Shown here: positions 14,601 to 29,600 of the stretch, one piece after another
Layout: each line of letters opens with the position of its first letter
Position numbering within the stretch: the stretch's first letter is position 1
Assembly (NCBI GenBank): GCA_964016885.1
Contig: OZ024740.1
Coordinates: forward strand, 71,362,001-71,426,000
Reading direction: 5' to 3'
Source: Eledone cirrhosa
Taxonomy: Eukaryota
Length of the DNA: 64,000 nucleotides
The notes under the pieces: generated by a model
The model's input: only the letters and a program-made list of their open reading frames with translations
Told to the model about the DNA's origin: nothing
The model's database searches: none
Made by a program: the position numbers and the translations under genes

Positions 14601-17600
14601 TCAAAGGATCAGCATCTCCCTAAACAAAAAGTTTTAATATTTCCATAACTCTTAAAATTATAACAGAAAAAAAAAAATTAGTGTCTTCATTAAATATTTT
14701 GACCCTGCTAGCTCGGTATTCTGGCCATGTTGTTATTTAACTATACCCTGCTTGCCCAATATTTCATTCTGCCACACACTTCTGTTACATCATTACTTTA
14801 GTCTGAGTTCTTCACTAAGGCATTACTATGATTTTTGTCATGTTCATACATTTGTTATTTATTTAGATGTTAGATTTTCTTTTACATTTAATTGATGGAA
14901 TCCATTTTGTCACTGATTTATAACTGGATGCCATGGGGTGAGAACTTCACACATGTCAGGGTTCTAAAAAGTTAAAAACTAAAACTCCAAAAATAAAATG
15001 CTAGGCTTGATGTAATTATGTGCAATATATTACAGTAACTTAGTGATTCATCATCATCATCGTTTAACGTCTATCTTCCACGCTAGCATGGGTTTAGACG
15101 GGAATTGTCCTGCTTGAGGCAAGATTGGTCGGGTGACCATGCCTCGCTCGTATAGGACTGTCTGGCAGGTTTTCTACGGCTGGATGCCCTTCCTAACACC
15201 AACCACGTTTACAGTGTGGATTACATTTGAAATATAAAAACATTTCATTTTGCTGTAAGAAATTTATTCATTGTTATCATATAGTTATCCTTTCTCTGTT
15301 GTTATTTATTTGTCTTTTCTTCATCATCAGTAGCATCACCATTTAACATGTTTGGTGGGTGAGGTGGGTGTCATGTTATGAGGCTAAACAGATCAGGTGA
15401 CCATGTCTTGTTCATACACTCCATTTGGAGCTCGGTTTTCTGTCTAGAAGCCCTTGCTAATATACATATATAAGTAATATGTGTCAGTGATAAGATAGAA
15501 AATATGTAGCATAAATTGTGGTTACCCACTGGTTATCTGTTAAACAATAGCCATTGTCCACACTAAATATGTTTAAACGAGGATGATGATTCTGCACTGA
15601 GGCCAAGGAAAAATTCTGATTATTTGTGGGAAATTTGCAGAATTCATCAGATTAAAAGACTGTATTTGTTCCAGTTCTATGCTGTTTTAAATCCTGCTGA
15701 GGGGATGATGGATTGGCGTAATTGTTAAAGTATTGAATGAAATGCTTTGCGGTATTTGTTCCAGCTTCATATGTTCAAATCCTGTAAACAGTAATGCTTA
15801 TGTCAGGAGTTGTGATGGCAGATACTATCAGCAATGGAAAGACCAATATAAATGTAATTTCTCTGATCCAACCTAACAATCATTTTTTTTCCTTTCTTGG
15901 TTTTTAAAAAAATTTTTTTTTATTTTTATTCCTACACAAAATTTGTGTAAAGAATTCGCACAGATGTTTATAACTAAATGAGAGAACATACTTAGGCTTT
16001 GAACTTCATTTAACCAGTTACAAAGCCAGACTGTCTCATACCATACTGAGTGTATGCAGTTTAGAATAGGTACATGGTATCCTTGTATGTTGTAAGAAGA
16101 GTTGTGTCAAGAAGGGAATCTAGCTGTCACAAGAACTTCTGTTCAAAATATGCTAGCATGGAAAAGTTGACATAAAAACGATGATGACGATGACATTATT
16201 ATTGTCTTCTGATAATACCATGGTCCAGACTTTTGGCTGTTGCTTATTTAAACTATTCTTTTTATAAGCTAATTACAATATTTTAAAAGGAACTGCAGAC
16301 TGACTGGCTTTACAGATCGTTGACATTACCATAGTGTTAGTCACTTGCACTTTGCATTCTACTAAGATGAGACTGATATTACAAGTATATTATAAATATA
16401 AACTATATCAAGTGGTATTAACTTCCTTTGAATTTAATGTTACTTTTGGAACATTTAACCTCATATTTATACTCTAAGATGTCAGCAACTCCCAAATGTA
16501 CAACACTTAATGCTGTGTGTGCATGTATGTGTTATGTGTGTGTCTGTCCCTGCTAGCAGAGAAAATAGATGTTAAATGATGATGATGGCTATGAACACTA
16601 CTTTAGTATGACCTAAGCATATACAGTGAGAAGTTTATAATTTGTGATGCCAACACTAACTGATTCCATATGCTATTTTGCTGAGCTCTTCTTTCCCTAG
16701 TGTGACATTGAACATGGTTGTTACATAATTATAACACACCTTATTACTAAAGCTTCTTTGAATCTGATAAGACTCCAAAAATGGTAAAATGTGCTCATAA
16801 AAATGGAGTTTTACCTAAAAACCTCTCTACACAGCAAGAATGTTTTCATAGATTAAATATACTACTGGTATATCAAACAATTTTTTTTTTTTTTGGCAAA
16901 TATAAAATAAAAGTTGGAATGGAACTCTTGAATTACCATTTTCAAATATGTACCCCCTGCCCCTCCCTCAAAAAATAAAAACTATAATACATTTCTTTCT
17001 TTTTACCTGAAATTCCAAATTTAACAGAGTTAGTGGTAAGAAACTCTCAGGAGAGCTGGATAGCAGAAGATCTTCAGAGAAGAACCCTCCCACACACTCA
17101 CTTAAGCAAATGTATTGGCCCGAAACTTCTTACACTTTAAAAGGGCTGGGCTGCATCCAGGTTATGATTCCTGGGTGCCCTTTTGCTGAAAGTTCATTAA
17201 TATTTAATTTGATACATATTTTTATTCCTGAGAAAAGAGAAACTGAATGTGTGCACAGGATTAACAGTAAGCAATAACAATAATAATGATATTAAAATTA
17301 TATTTTATATAATTTCTTACTTGAACAATATTTTTGGCAGCCAGTGGACTCATTTTCTCATCAACCATCAAGATAACAATACCACGATCATCAATTCCAC
17401 GACGACCAGCACGACCACTCATTTGAATATATTCACCAGATGTTATCTAAAATTACAAAAGGAAATAAAATATATATAAAAAATAATATCATAAACAGTA
17501 AATTAATGTGGCAACTACATTTATGTGTAAATTGTGTATGGAGGGGAGGTGCAGATACAGAGGATGTTGAGCTGGAACTTGGACATGCTGTGAAGATGGA

Positions 17601-20600
17601 AGGTTTCAAAACATTTTGGTGCCTTGGAGACAAAATGAAGAATGGAGAAAGTGTATATAACTCAGCACCAGTGGTTATATTGAGATGCACATGGAAGAGA
17701 TTCTGGGAATTGAAGAGAATGCTAATGTGGAGGGGAGAAATGGAAAGGTTGTATGCTGTAACTGAAGGGAAAGCTATAAGCTACATGTATGAGAAGTGTC
17801 ATGGTGAGTGGGAGTGAAACATAAGTGGATGAGTGGTGTATCATTGAGAGAAAGGATGACAAACAAAGAACTGCAGAGGATGATGGGAATAGAGCCAGTA
17901 ATCAATGGAATGAGATGGTTGAGTTATGATTTGAAGAAGGATGAAAGTGACCAGGTGAGAGGAATGATGAAAATGAGTATAGAAAGTAGTAGTGATGATG
18001 ATGATAAAGCAAATGATAGACAAGCTGAAGGAGGAAGTAGAGGATATCGCAAAATGGCGAAGTCTGTAATGGAGCATGCAAGGCTAACGCCTGCTTGAGC
18101 AGGGATAATGGCCTTAAAATAACTGTTGTTGGATGTTGTTGTTAAAAAAGAAAAAATAATTTATGTAAATGTATGTAAGCTGTGAGTAACTGGTTCAGAA
18201 TAGGTACAACATGTCCCTACCTGTTGGAAGAAGTAACTAAAAAGGTTAGTATCAGGAAGGGCATCAGGTTACATACCATTACCTCAAAAGGTCCCGTCCA
18301 ATTCATGCCAGCATGGAAAAGTTAATGTAAAAATAATGATGATGATGATGATGTAATACAGCAGAATGTATGAATTTAATGGAAAAACTTTTTTATCAGA
18401 AGAGTTTTTTTCCCATTAAATTCATACATTCTGCTGTATTACATCATCATCATCACTATGTGCTGGCGTAAAAATGAATCAAACAAATATTTATATATCA
18501 GGGTGCTTTCTTATTCAACTGAGTCATTATCATCAATATCTGTTTTTCATTCTTTTCTTTTATTAGTATAAATTTAGATTTATAGGCACATTTCATGCAT
18601 TTTAAGTTTGTTTCATTTCTTCAAGTAGGTGCAGTATTCTCAGCTCTAACCTACCTGCTTCTCCCCAAATATATTTTGTTTTGTTGTTATATTAGCAGAA
18701 TTGTATATAAGTTACTTTTGTAATTTAATTATTTATTTACTTTGTGTAATTAGCTTATAATAGGCACACTGTATTCCTGCATATGAGAAGTGGCTAAAAG
18801 AGTTGGTGTCAGGAAGGGCATTCAGTTATAAAACACTGCCTCATAAACTGATGTCAGCTTGGAAAAGTCAATGTAAAAATGAAGATAATGATGCTAGCAG
18901 AATTCCATTTAATTTACTATTGTAATTTACCATACATACTCAAATATAATCCCAACTCCCCTATTTTTTGCAGGGGACCCAGGAGTGAGCCCCTAGCAAG
19001 ATGGTTAGTTAACATCCACAAGCTTGGCTTGTCTCATTTGAGAATAATACATAAATGTAAAATAATCACTGCAGATATTTTAGCACCTTAGTTACAGAGA
19101 TTTTGAAGTTGGTGAAAATTATCAAAATATTGACCTCAAATAAGCCAACCACCCATTTTACCATTGATTTTTTTACACATATTTCTCAGCTTATATACAA
19201 GTATATACAGTAATTATTTATATATATCCAGTTAAGCTGCACTGCATGAAGTTTTGGTTGAAGTTTATATACGCAGATGCCTTTTGGTTAAAAAAGAAAA
19301 AAATTAATCAACTCACCCATCTAAAGTCTTTACCATCAAACTTACGGGCAGAAGTGAATAAGACTGTCCTGGCAGGCATGTTAAGACCCATGGCAAATGT
19401 TTCTGTAGCAAAGAGGGCCTAGGAGAAAGATTAAAATAAAACAAAATTAGAAAAATTACTCATCGTTTATATGAAATTAAACACCAAGCCAGTCTCAACT
19501 GATCAAGTTGTTGCAATATCTAATTCTTGAATTTATAATTATCATCATTGTTTAGTGTCTGTTTTCCCTGCTAACAAGGGTTGGCTGTGTCGTCACAGAC
19601 CAGTCACTACTTAAGCAGGGACTCTGACCACCTGGTAGGCTGGGGGCTCAATATATGATCTTATGCTCTACTGAATGCATTTTATAGTGGCATCAACACA
19701 AGGGAAGTTGTCTTTCACACAGCTGAAAAGTCCTCTTGAGGCTTTATTTGTCAGGTTTTCTCCAGCTGGATGCCTTTCTATCATTAACCACTATACAGAG
19801 TGTATTGGCTGCATTTATCCTTTAACCCTTTAGCATTCACATTAATTTTCAAACGTCATGCTTATCTGTTCGCATTATTTTGAGTTAATCATACTCAAGA
19901 GGGTTATCAATTTTATTTGTTTGCAATTTTCTTAATTTTCTATGTGCAGGCTTGGAATTTTGTCAGTAGATGTTTAAATATCAATAATTTACAATTATAT
20001 AATTTTACCTGATTTTTTTGGTCAAATTTGACTTTTATGGGCAGGTGAAATTAATTAATAGGGGCATTTGAAGTATCAACCAGTGCAAATACTGGTTTAA
20101 TTTTAAATACGTTGTTTTCAGCATAATACTTGATATATAAGGATCACTAAACCTAATACCAGTGTTCCAGTAATTCCAGTCTTGGAAATTGTTTTATACC
20201 GAACAAAATATTTACGGCAAAAAATGCTTGCATTTCCGCAGCATCTGTTGTTGGGCATATCGATTAATCTCTTCTGCCACAACTTCGAAGACAGTTTGTC
20301 GTAAAAACAAAAAGAAATAATCCAGTGCTTTAGCATCGGGAGCTAATGTGTGTTGTGGAGCAGTATTTTGAATAAAATTGGGAACATATATTAGTGTGGT
20401 ATTTTTCAACCACGTTGCTGTAATATTTTCAATGCGTCCTGGAGATCTCCTTCGTTTTCACTTTCAAAACAATCATCGTCGGACGAAATTTCAGAAGTAT
20501 AAACATCAGATTCATTTGAAGATAAATCACTAATATTATCATTTGTTTCTTGTTCATTCTGAATGTCGTCGTGTGTAAAACCTTCAAAGTTAGTGTCGCT

Positions 20601-23600
20601 ACTTTCATAAGCCATGTTGATACAAAAAAAAAATTTGTTGTACTTTCAAAGTTAAAAAAACACTTGTAGTTTTAAGTTGTTTCACTATATTAAGTGTTAA
20701 TTTTCGCGGTAAGGGCCTAATCTCGCAGTAATCTTGAATTGACGAGATTTTGATGATGGTTTGTTTATTTTTAGAACAATTTTTTAGTGTGGGTGTTATT
20801 GGGCGATTTGAACACTAAAAGGTTAAATCACCAAAACTAAAGAAGTGTTACTGTTACTTCATTGAAGTTTAACTTTAAACTTTCTTATGTCACTTGTTGA
20901 ACTCACAATGCTGTTTATCTTTTCATTGCAATGTCTAACTATATTAGAAACAAATAACTTTCTGTTTGATATTTGCTATTCCTTGGTTCTTGATTTTTGG
21001 GTGCTATTTCTAGCGTCATTACAGACCTGATATATTGTCTTGGTGACCTTCATGACCTGGTCAACTAACTTAATGCCTCTATAGTTTTCTCTACCTAGAG
21101 CGTCTCCTTTGCCTTTGTAGCAGTTAACGATGCTGCTGCTATGACAGTCATTTGGTATGACCCCATTCTGTATTACTTGGTTTACTATCTGGGTGACTAC
21201 AGTATGTCCCACCATTCCAGAAGCTTTCAACATCTCAGCAACTATCTCTGAAGGCCCAGCTGCCTTGCCTGTCTTCATATCTGTGATTGGCTTACTTACT
21301 ATACTACCATTAACTTGCTTGTAATAGTAATAATATACACAAACAGCAAAATGTAAATGAACCAAGTGAGAAATTAGGAATAAGAGGGATCAGATGCAGT
21401 TTACTAGAGGGGAAATTACGTTGGTATAGTCATGTGATATGTATGAAGGATCACAGCTGTATAAAAAAGTGCAGGGCGATCAAAATTGCTGGAAGCTACG
21501 GAGGAGGTAGACCCAGAAAAACCTGGGATGAGGTGATAAAAACTGACCTTGCACACTTGTACCTCTCTAAAACAATGTCACTAGATCGAGATCTTTGGTG
21601 CTATGCAGTAATACAGAAGACCCACCTTCCCTTACGTACGAACTTAAACCTAGTCAGTAGGCACCTCTTAACCCAATATTCACCTTACACCCCACCCTTT
21701 CTCTGTAAAGTTATTGGTACCACAGAACATCCAGCCCACACTAAAGTGGTCGTGTAGGTGTCACGACAAAAAGCACCCAGCAGTCCACACTGTAAAGTGG
21801 TTGTGTAGGAGACACAGTAAAAAGCACCCAGCACGCACTGTAAATGTGGTTGGCGCTAGGAAGGGCATCCAGCCGTAGAAAACCAGCCAGAAACACTTCT
21901 ATACGAGCGAGACAAGGTCACTCGACCCAACTTGCTCAAGTGGGAGAAACCCGTCTAACCCATGCTAGCGTGGAAGATGGACATTAAACAATGATGATGA
22001 TATAATTTAGTAGCCAAATAACACAAATGTTGAATGCACCATGGTGTTTCGACAGTCTGTATGTTATCAATTGAATATTTTCTCTAATTCCAAAGAATTT
22101 CCCCTGATGACAATATTGTCTTGGTTTATTGAGATAACTGGTATTATTTCATAATTCCAAAAACTGCAGTTGGGGACCTTGTGTGTGTGAAACTGACTTA
22201 CTTAGTTTGTCTAACTATAACCAGATGTATTGTTAAACTATAGGTCACACTATAACCACACATATTGTTAACCAGGTAATACTAGGTGTCATACCAAAAG
22301 ATTGGTGCAGTAGCATCATTGTCAACTGCTACAAAGGTAAAGGTGATGCACTAGATAGAGGAAACTATAGAGGTATAAAGCTGATGGACCAGGTCATGAA
22401 AGTAACAGAAAGAGTTATAGCACAGTTGATTAGGGACCGGGTGAAACTAGATGAGATGCAATTTGAGTTTGTACCAGGAAGAGGCACCACTGATGCCCTC
22501 TTCCTTGTGAGGCAGTTACAGAAAAAGTACCTAGCTAAAAGTAAGCCACTCTACCTGGCATTCGTCGATCTCGAGAAAGCCTTTGACAGAGTTCCACGTG
22601 CTGTAATCTGGTGGGCTCTTAGAAAACCAGGAGTAGATGAATGGCTTGTGAAAGCTGTACAAGCCATGTATAGGGGAGCAGTCAGCAAAGTTAGGATTAG
22701 CAATGAGTATAGCGAGGAATTTAGCGTACAGGTTGGTGTCCACCAGGGCTCTGTTCTTAGCCCTCTCCTGTTCATCATAGTCCTGCAGGCAATAACGGAG
22801 GAGTTTAAGACTTGATGCCCATGGGAACTCCTGTATGCTGATGACCTCGCACTTATAGCTGAATCTATGGTAGAACTAGAGAAGAAATTCCAAACTTGGA
22901 AGCAGGGACTAGAAAGAAAGGGTCTCAAAGTCAACATGACAAAGACTAAGGTCCTTGTAAGTAGACGGGAAAACAGAACCCAGATGCCCCTGGGGAAATG
23001 GCCTTGCTCAGTTTGTAAGGAAAGGTGTAGGTAGGAACTCCATTCTCTGCCCCAAATGCAAACAATGGGTACACAAGAGATGTAGCAGGATCTCAGGAAG
23101 CTTAATTAAGAATGTTGGCTTCACATGTGCTGGGACAGCAAGCAGCAAACAGCCACAGGAAACAAGTACCACCAATCTCTGGGAGGGCTCTGTAGAAACA
23201 GTAGACAGCTTCTGCTACCTAGGTGACCGAATTAGCAGCGGAGGTGGGTGTTCAGAAAGTACAATAACTAGGGTAAGAACGGGATGGAAGAAGTTCAGGG
23301 AACTACTGCCACTGCTAGCTGCAAAAGGCTTCTCCCTCAAAATGAAAGGCAGACTGTATGATGCGTGTATCCGAACACCAATGTTACATGGTAGCGAGAC
23401 CTGGGCCCTGAAGGTGGAAGACTTACGTAGATTAGAAAGAAACGAAGCCTGCATGCTCCGATGGATGTGTAATAGTAATATACGCGAATGACAAAGCATA
23501 AATAAATTGAGAGAGAGACAGCATAAGAGGAATCAAATGCTGTGTGCAGGAGAGGCGGTTGCGTTGGTATGGACATGTGATGCGTATGAAGGATGACAGC

Positions 23601-26600
23601 TGCATAAAAAGGTGCAGAGCACTAGAAGTCAATGGAAACCATGGAGTGGGGAGACCCAAGAAGACCTGGGATGAGGTGATAAAAGCCGACCTTACCCAAT
23701 TACACCTCTCAAAGGCTATGACACACAACCGTGACCTCTGGAGTCACGCAGTAATACAGAGTACCCGGCCTCCCATGGGTACAAGCTGAAGCATATAGAC
23801 AATATGCCCCCACACCCTCCCACTGCAAAAAAGCACCCAGACCACACTGTAAAGTGGACGTGTAGGCGCCACGGAAAAAGCACCCAGCACTCACTGTAAA
23901 TGAGGTTAGTTTTAGGAAGGGCATCCAGCTGTAAAAATCAAGCCAAAATCAGTTTCTGTATGAGCAAGGCATGGTCAGTCTACCAGACACTGCTCACAAC
24001 AGGACAACCCGTCTAACCCATGCTAGCATGGAAGAATGGACGTAAAACGGTGATGATGATGATTCCCCCAATCAAGATTTTAGCTTAAGTTAAATATGTT
24101 TAAATGATTCTCTGATTTGTTGTTTGTCTTTTCATTGGGATGTCTAACTATATTAGAGACAAATAACTTTCCACTTTCTATAGATGTCCAAGCATGGAAA
24201 AGAGTACATAAAAACGATGACGATATATATATATATATATATACACACACTATGGTGATTGGCATTAAGAAGGACATCCAGTCAAAACTGGAGCATATGA
24301 ATAAGAGTTGGTCACCTGACTGGTCTGGGCTCATATTGTGATAACCTGTCTAACTCATGAAAGCATAGAAAATAAATATTAAACGTTAGTAATGATATAT
24401 ATGTATGTGTGTCAGTTGTGTGAATATTGATACAGTTAAATGAAAAGACCATCAGTGACATTTATTTATGTTATCTATAAAGAAACAGCACACAGTACAG
24501 AAAATGTTAGCAATATATACCATACTTAGCATAAGGTATGGGTCAGCATCAGAAACGGAATTTGGCCAGAAAAACCTAGCCTCAAAATGTTTCATCCAAC
24601 ATAATGATGATGATAAGTACTAACAATTTTCAATATGTTTACGTATTCATATGATGACAGTAAGAAAATTATGACTTCAGTTTAATTTGGTAGGGTATCG
24701 ATTTAACCAGTTCAAAGGTAAGCAATATGATAAAAATCCATCTTAAAATACAAACCTTGATGAGACCTTCAGCAAACAATATCTCAATGGTTTCTTTCAG
24801 AAGAGGTAGTAAACCACCATGATGGATCCCAATACCTTTCTTAAGTAAAGGGAGCACATTTTCAACCTGAAAATATTAACAATTAATGGGAAACGTTATC
24901 AAAAATAATTTAAAACAAATTCTTTTGAGTGTTAATTTAAAAATACATTTCAACTTTTTATATTTGGAAAAAAATATTTTGAAAACTTTAGCTTATCAGC
25001 CAAACAAGCATGTTTTTACTTTTACATCCTTCTTCTTCTCCTACTTATTCTTGAGAGGGTCATGGAGAGAAAGTCCTCAGACATGCCTGAAAATCTGTCT
25101 AGCAATTTTTTCCCTTAGATATTCTAAGAACATGTCCAAAGAACCAGAGTTGTGATCTCTTAATGCGGAGACTGAATGGCTTTACCTAGAGTGGCTCCTT
25201 AAACGCATCCTATCAGGGAGCATTACTCCAAAGACCCTATGGAGGAACCCCATTTCGGTCACTTGTATTCTTTCAATCATTAGCAAAGTCACAAACACCA
25301 AATTGAATATAATCTGTTTGGCCTTTACAACTACCTCCCTTCTGATGACTGAATGCTGAAGCTGGTGCATTATTGCACCAACTCCTGCAATTCTTGCATT
25401 TAATTCAGCCTCTTGCCTTTCAACATTTCTAACTGAATATTACTGGAGAAAAATATTTATAATATGTAACTCCTAATGAAATTGTAGGGACACCATAACA
25501 TACAGTACCTTGGACATTTTTTCTTGGAGAAAGAGAATCAGAAAAATCAACCCCAATACTGGACTGGTACCTTGAAAGGATAAAACAGCAAAATCGACTC
25601 CAATGGGTTTTGAACACAGAGCACAAAGAGCCAGAAGGAATATTGCAAAGCATTCAATCTGACGTTCTAACAACTTTGTCAATTTGCCATCTCGTAATAT
25701 ATAAGATCAATGAAAGGTGGATAGCAGAATTAGAAGACTGTCAAACAAATACCTTATGGTATTTGGTTACTATGCTTTATGTTCTGAGTTCAAATCCTGC
25801 CTGGGTTGAGCTTGCCTTTCATTTTTCCCAGAACACTAAAATAAATACTGGGATTATTGGAAATAGATTAAGACAGAATTTATTGTGAGTTCTAGTAGCA
25901 CCGTTAGTAATGCACCAAAGCGATTCACAAGATGTGAATTTAATACCTACCAAGTGCTCATGGCATCCTCTATTCTTTCTGTTAACTTTCAGTTTAAAGT
26001 ATGCAAATAAAGTACAAGCCTGGGCACCATGGCCCATGATATGAAGGAGAGGAAAATAGCTAAATGCCAGGACTTGACGAATCACTTCCTTTCTGTGCGC
26101 ATTGACATTTGAGATCTCTGGTGTCCTCAGTCCCCAAACTAATTTTTCCTCTGCAAAATCGAGAAGAGTACATCCTGCCTGAGGAAGGAGCACCATGAAA
26201 TAGCATAGCTGATGAAGCTGGCTGTACTTCAAGCCAATGTATTTAATGTTTTGTCTGCAGGGCACAGTTGAGATATACCACCTTGAATGGGATGTAAAGT
26301 CTACTGCTTCCTCCCAACTTTACCTTATTATCACTATATTTTATTTCATTTTTTTTTTTAAATATGCATAGGATAATGAATTGTAAGTACTTATGTTATC
26401 CAAAAATTTTTTTTACATCAAACCAAATACATATTTGTGGAGAGAAACCATGCAGAGCAGTATTATATGAAAATACATTAAAACAAAAAACGAAAAAATA
26501 ATAATACTGACCTGTGGCAATTTCTTGTCACTGTCTGACAAGCTGTCAATAGCATTATTGAATACTTCCACAACTAGACTTTTTTCCTCAGCTTGAATTG

Positions 26601-29600
26601 AATAAAAACAATTTCAAAATCAAATAACAGAAAACTAAAACAATATTTTTTCATAGAACAGCACAAGGCAAATGTAGCCTTCAACATTCTACTCTTAATA
26701 TCTTTCAGAAATGCAATGAATACCACCAATTATGTTTTGCTATTTTTTCCCCCAAATATGTTCAACAAAACCAGTGATTAGCTCCATTTTCAAAATCATC
26801 AAGTGATTGAAGGATAAATCTTCTCCTAGAAGACTAGTCTAGTACTTAACCTTTCTAACAAGACCTGACACAGCATCTCAAAGTTTAGTGAAGCAATTAC
26901 TTTGCTGCTTCTCTTCAGTTAATATCTTTTGAAAAGAGAAAATTATTACTTCCACGACCTACCCTACTTTTTATTTACATATGTAGTTGTGAGAAGTAGC
27001 TAATTCATCTTTAACTACTCAGTTTTATTAAAATATTGAAATATTTCTTTTTAAATATAAAGAGGTGATTAATTCTTATCAGTTTCACTACTATATATGT
27101 GTGTATGTGACAGCTCACACCTATGCAGGTTTAGCTGGCCTCTTCCAAGGTATATCTCGTTGGAGGTATCTTGGGTAATTTAATGATAGGAATCCCAGTC
27201 TTATCATCTCATTTCTACAGCTGAGTAAATTGGAGCAATGTGAAATAAAGTGTCTTGCTCAAGGAAACAACACATCACCCGGTCCAAGAATTGAACTCAC
27301 AACCTTTCGATTGCAAGCTCAATGGTCTAACCACTAAGCCATGTGCCTTTACTATATATATGAATGGACCCAGAACTCTTGATAGAGTCTTAAGGATACT
27401 GAAGTAATATGTCTTAGGCTTTTTAAACCTGGTGGAACTCATCCCTCTCCAGGTAGGCAACATAACCAATTTCTTCTAGAGAAGGAGAGTGATAGACAGA
27501 AAGTGATACAGTGATGTGGAGGAAGAATCAACCCACATACTAGACTGGTATTTTTTTTTTTTATTGATCTTGAATGAAAGGTAAAGTTAACAATGGCAGA
27601 ATTAGGACTCAGAGGACAGAGAGCTGGAACGAATACAGCAAAGCCTTCTATCTCCCATTCTAGTAACTCTACCAATTTGCTGCCTTCCACCACTAAGGGC
27701 TCGTAAAGCACTCAAGTCTTTAAAGGAAATAATGAAACACAACAAATATGAACTCATTATCCAGTACTCTAATACATTAACCATTCAGCTATTTTGGATT
27801 TGCTTTGCCAAACAGAAAAAAAATGTTTTCAAACAATAGTTGACTATAGCTTTTGCAGTTGGAGAGTGCAAATCATTCTAAAATAAGAAAAATTCAAATG
27901 AAAATATTTCCCTATTATTGATTTTAAATTTGGTGAGGCAACTATTTCACAGCAGACTTGAGTGTGAAGTGGTATGTAAATATCTTGATTGCTTAGGTAA
28001 ACAGCAACATTTCTTGGCTGAAAACATATTATATTTGTAACAGTGACTTAAACTCATCATCTTTTTTTTTTCATTAATCATAAAATATCTTCACAAAATT
28101 GGGAGAAAACTTTCAATTTTATCTCATTTCACAAGAGCTATAATAAAGAGCTCTCATTAATAATTACTTGTACTGAATATTTGTTTCCAGACAATGCTTT
28201 CTATGGCTAATGGAGAATGGAGACTTGGGGCCCATGTAACTGCTTGCTTATTCCAAACACATTAATGATATCTATCAAATTAAATAGCTTATACTGATTA
28301 TCAAAATTTAATCATGGACATAGCACACTAATATCTTAACATCTACTCTAGATCTCACACCATTGTCAATTGAGAAAAGAAAATTAATGTCATATTTACG
28401 TGAGTTAAAATCCAGTTTGGTAAGTTGAAGAGCATAAGCTTCACATTCTTTTTTACTAAAACTGAACACAATTACTGGAGCAAAGTTCCTTTCCATAATC
28501 ATCTTCACAATTTTGTAGCAGTTGGAATTATCTGATGTGTTTCAATGAAAAGAGAAAGAGAGGAGGAAATTGCAATTTTTGTTTTGTGTCTTAACTCTTT
28601 TGATACTAATTAGGAAGTGGTTGGTATTAGGAAGAGAATCCAGCTGTAGAAACTAAGTCAAAATGGATTGTACAAGCAAGACATGATCACATGACTAGTC
28701 TGGCTTCAACACAGTACAATCTGTATAATCAATGGAAGTATGGAAAATAGACATTAATGATGAAGTAGATGTTATTTGAGGGAGATTTAACTGCTTTTCT
28801 TATCTCATGAATGCTTCCTTTAAGCACAAACTTAATTTTTAGGAGAATTGTATGGTCAACTGAATTACTGGGGAATTATTAACTCAACCATGAAAAGATG
28901 AAAGCCAAAGGCAATTCCAGCAATATTTGAACTCAGTATGTAGAGTGACAAAATTAAAATCTGTCAGACATCTACTAATTCTCTGCTCTTCATATTAATA
29001 TTGTAAAGGGAGACAGTATAACTGATGCATAGTTTAGTAACTTTTAATTAAGTAAAATTAATAAAGTAAATACAAATAGTATGATAGCAGATATCATCAT
29101 CGTTTTCACATTGAATTTTCCATGCTAGTTAGACAGGACTTTTTGAGGCAATGTTTTACAGCCAGATACCCTTCCTGACACTAACCTTCTCATCACGTCC
29201 TACAACACAAAGAGATACAGTATGTCTATTCTAAGCTGGATACACACAATTAATAGTAAAGATATTTAAAAAAATAAAAATGAAAATATTCTACATAATT
29301 AAGAGTGTGAGTCTTTTTGATTTGAGCTGAGCAGAACTATCTTGTAACAGTTAGCAAACTAGAAATATAACTTACCTCTGACACTTCCTTTCCTTCCACG
29401 GAGCCCCACATCACCACGAGCATTTCCACCGGCTTCCTGTAAAACCTGCATGGCAGTTGCAAAATTCTCCTCCCTGAATTCTCCCTGTTATATAGAGAAG
29501 AACACAGAATATAGATGATCTCACACTCATAGCTGAATCTATGGCAGAATTAGAGAAGAAATTACACACCTGGAAGCATGGCCTAGAAACAAAGGGTCTT

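Noticed and set aside
22095-22150. CTGATGA-CAATA...TATTG hammerhead-like motif (similar hint at about 4346)
   Set aside because: GAAA core and closing stems are not intact; too degenerate to call
27270-27352. tRNA gene
   Set aside because: A and B boxes are followed by SINE body; no proper acceptor stem or terminator
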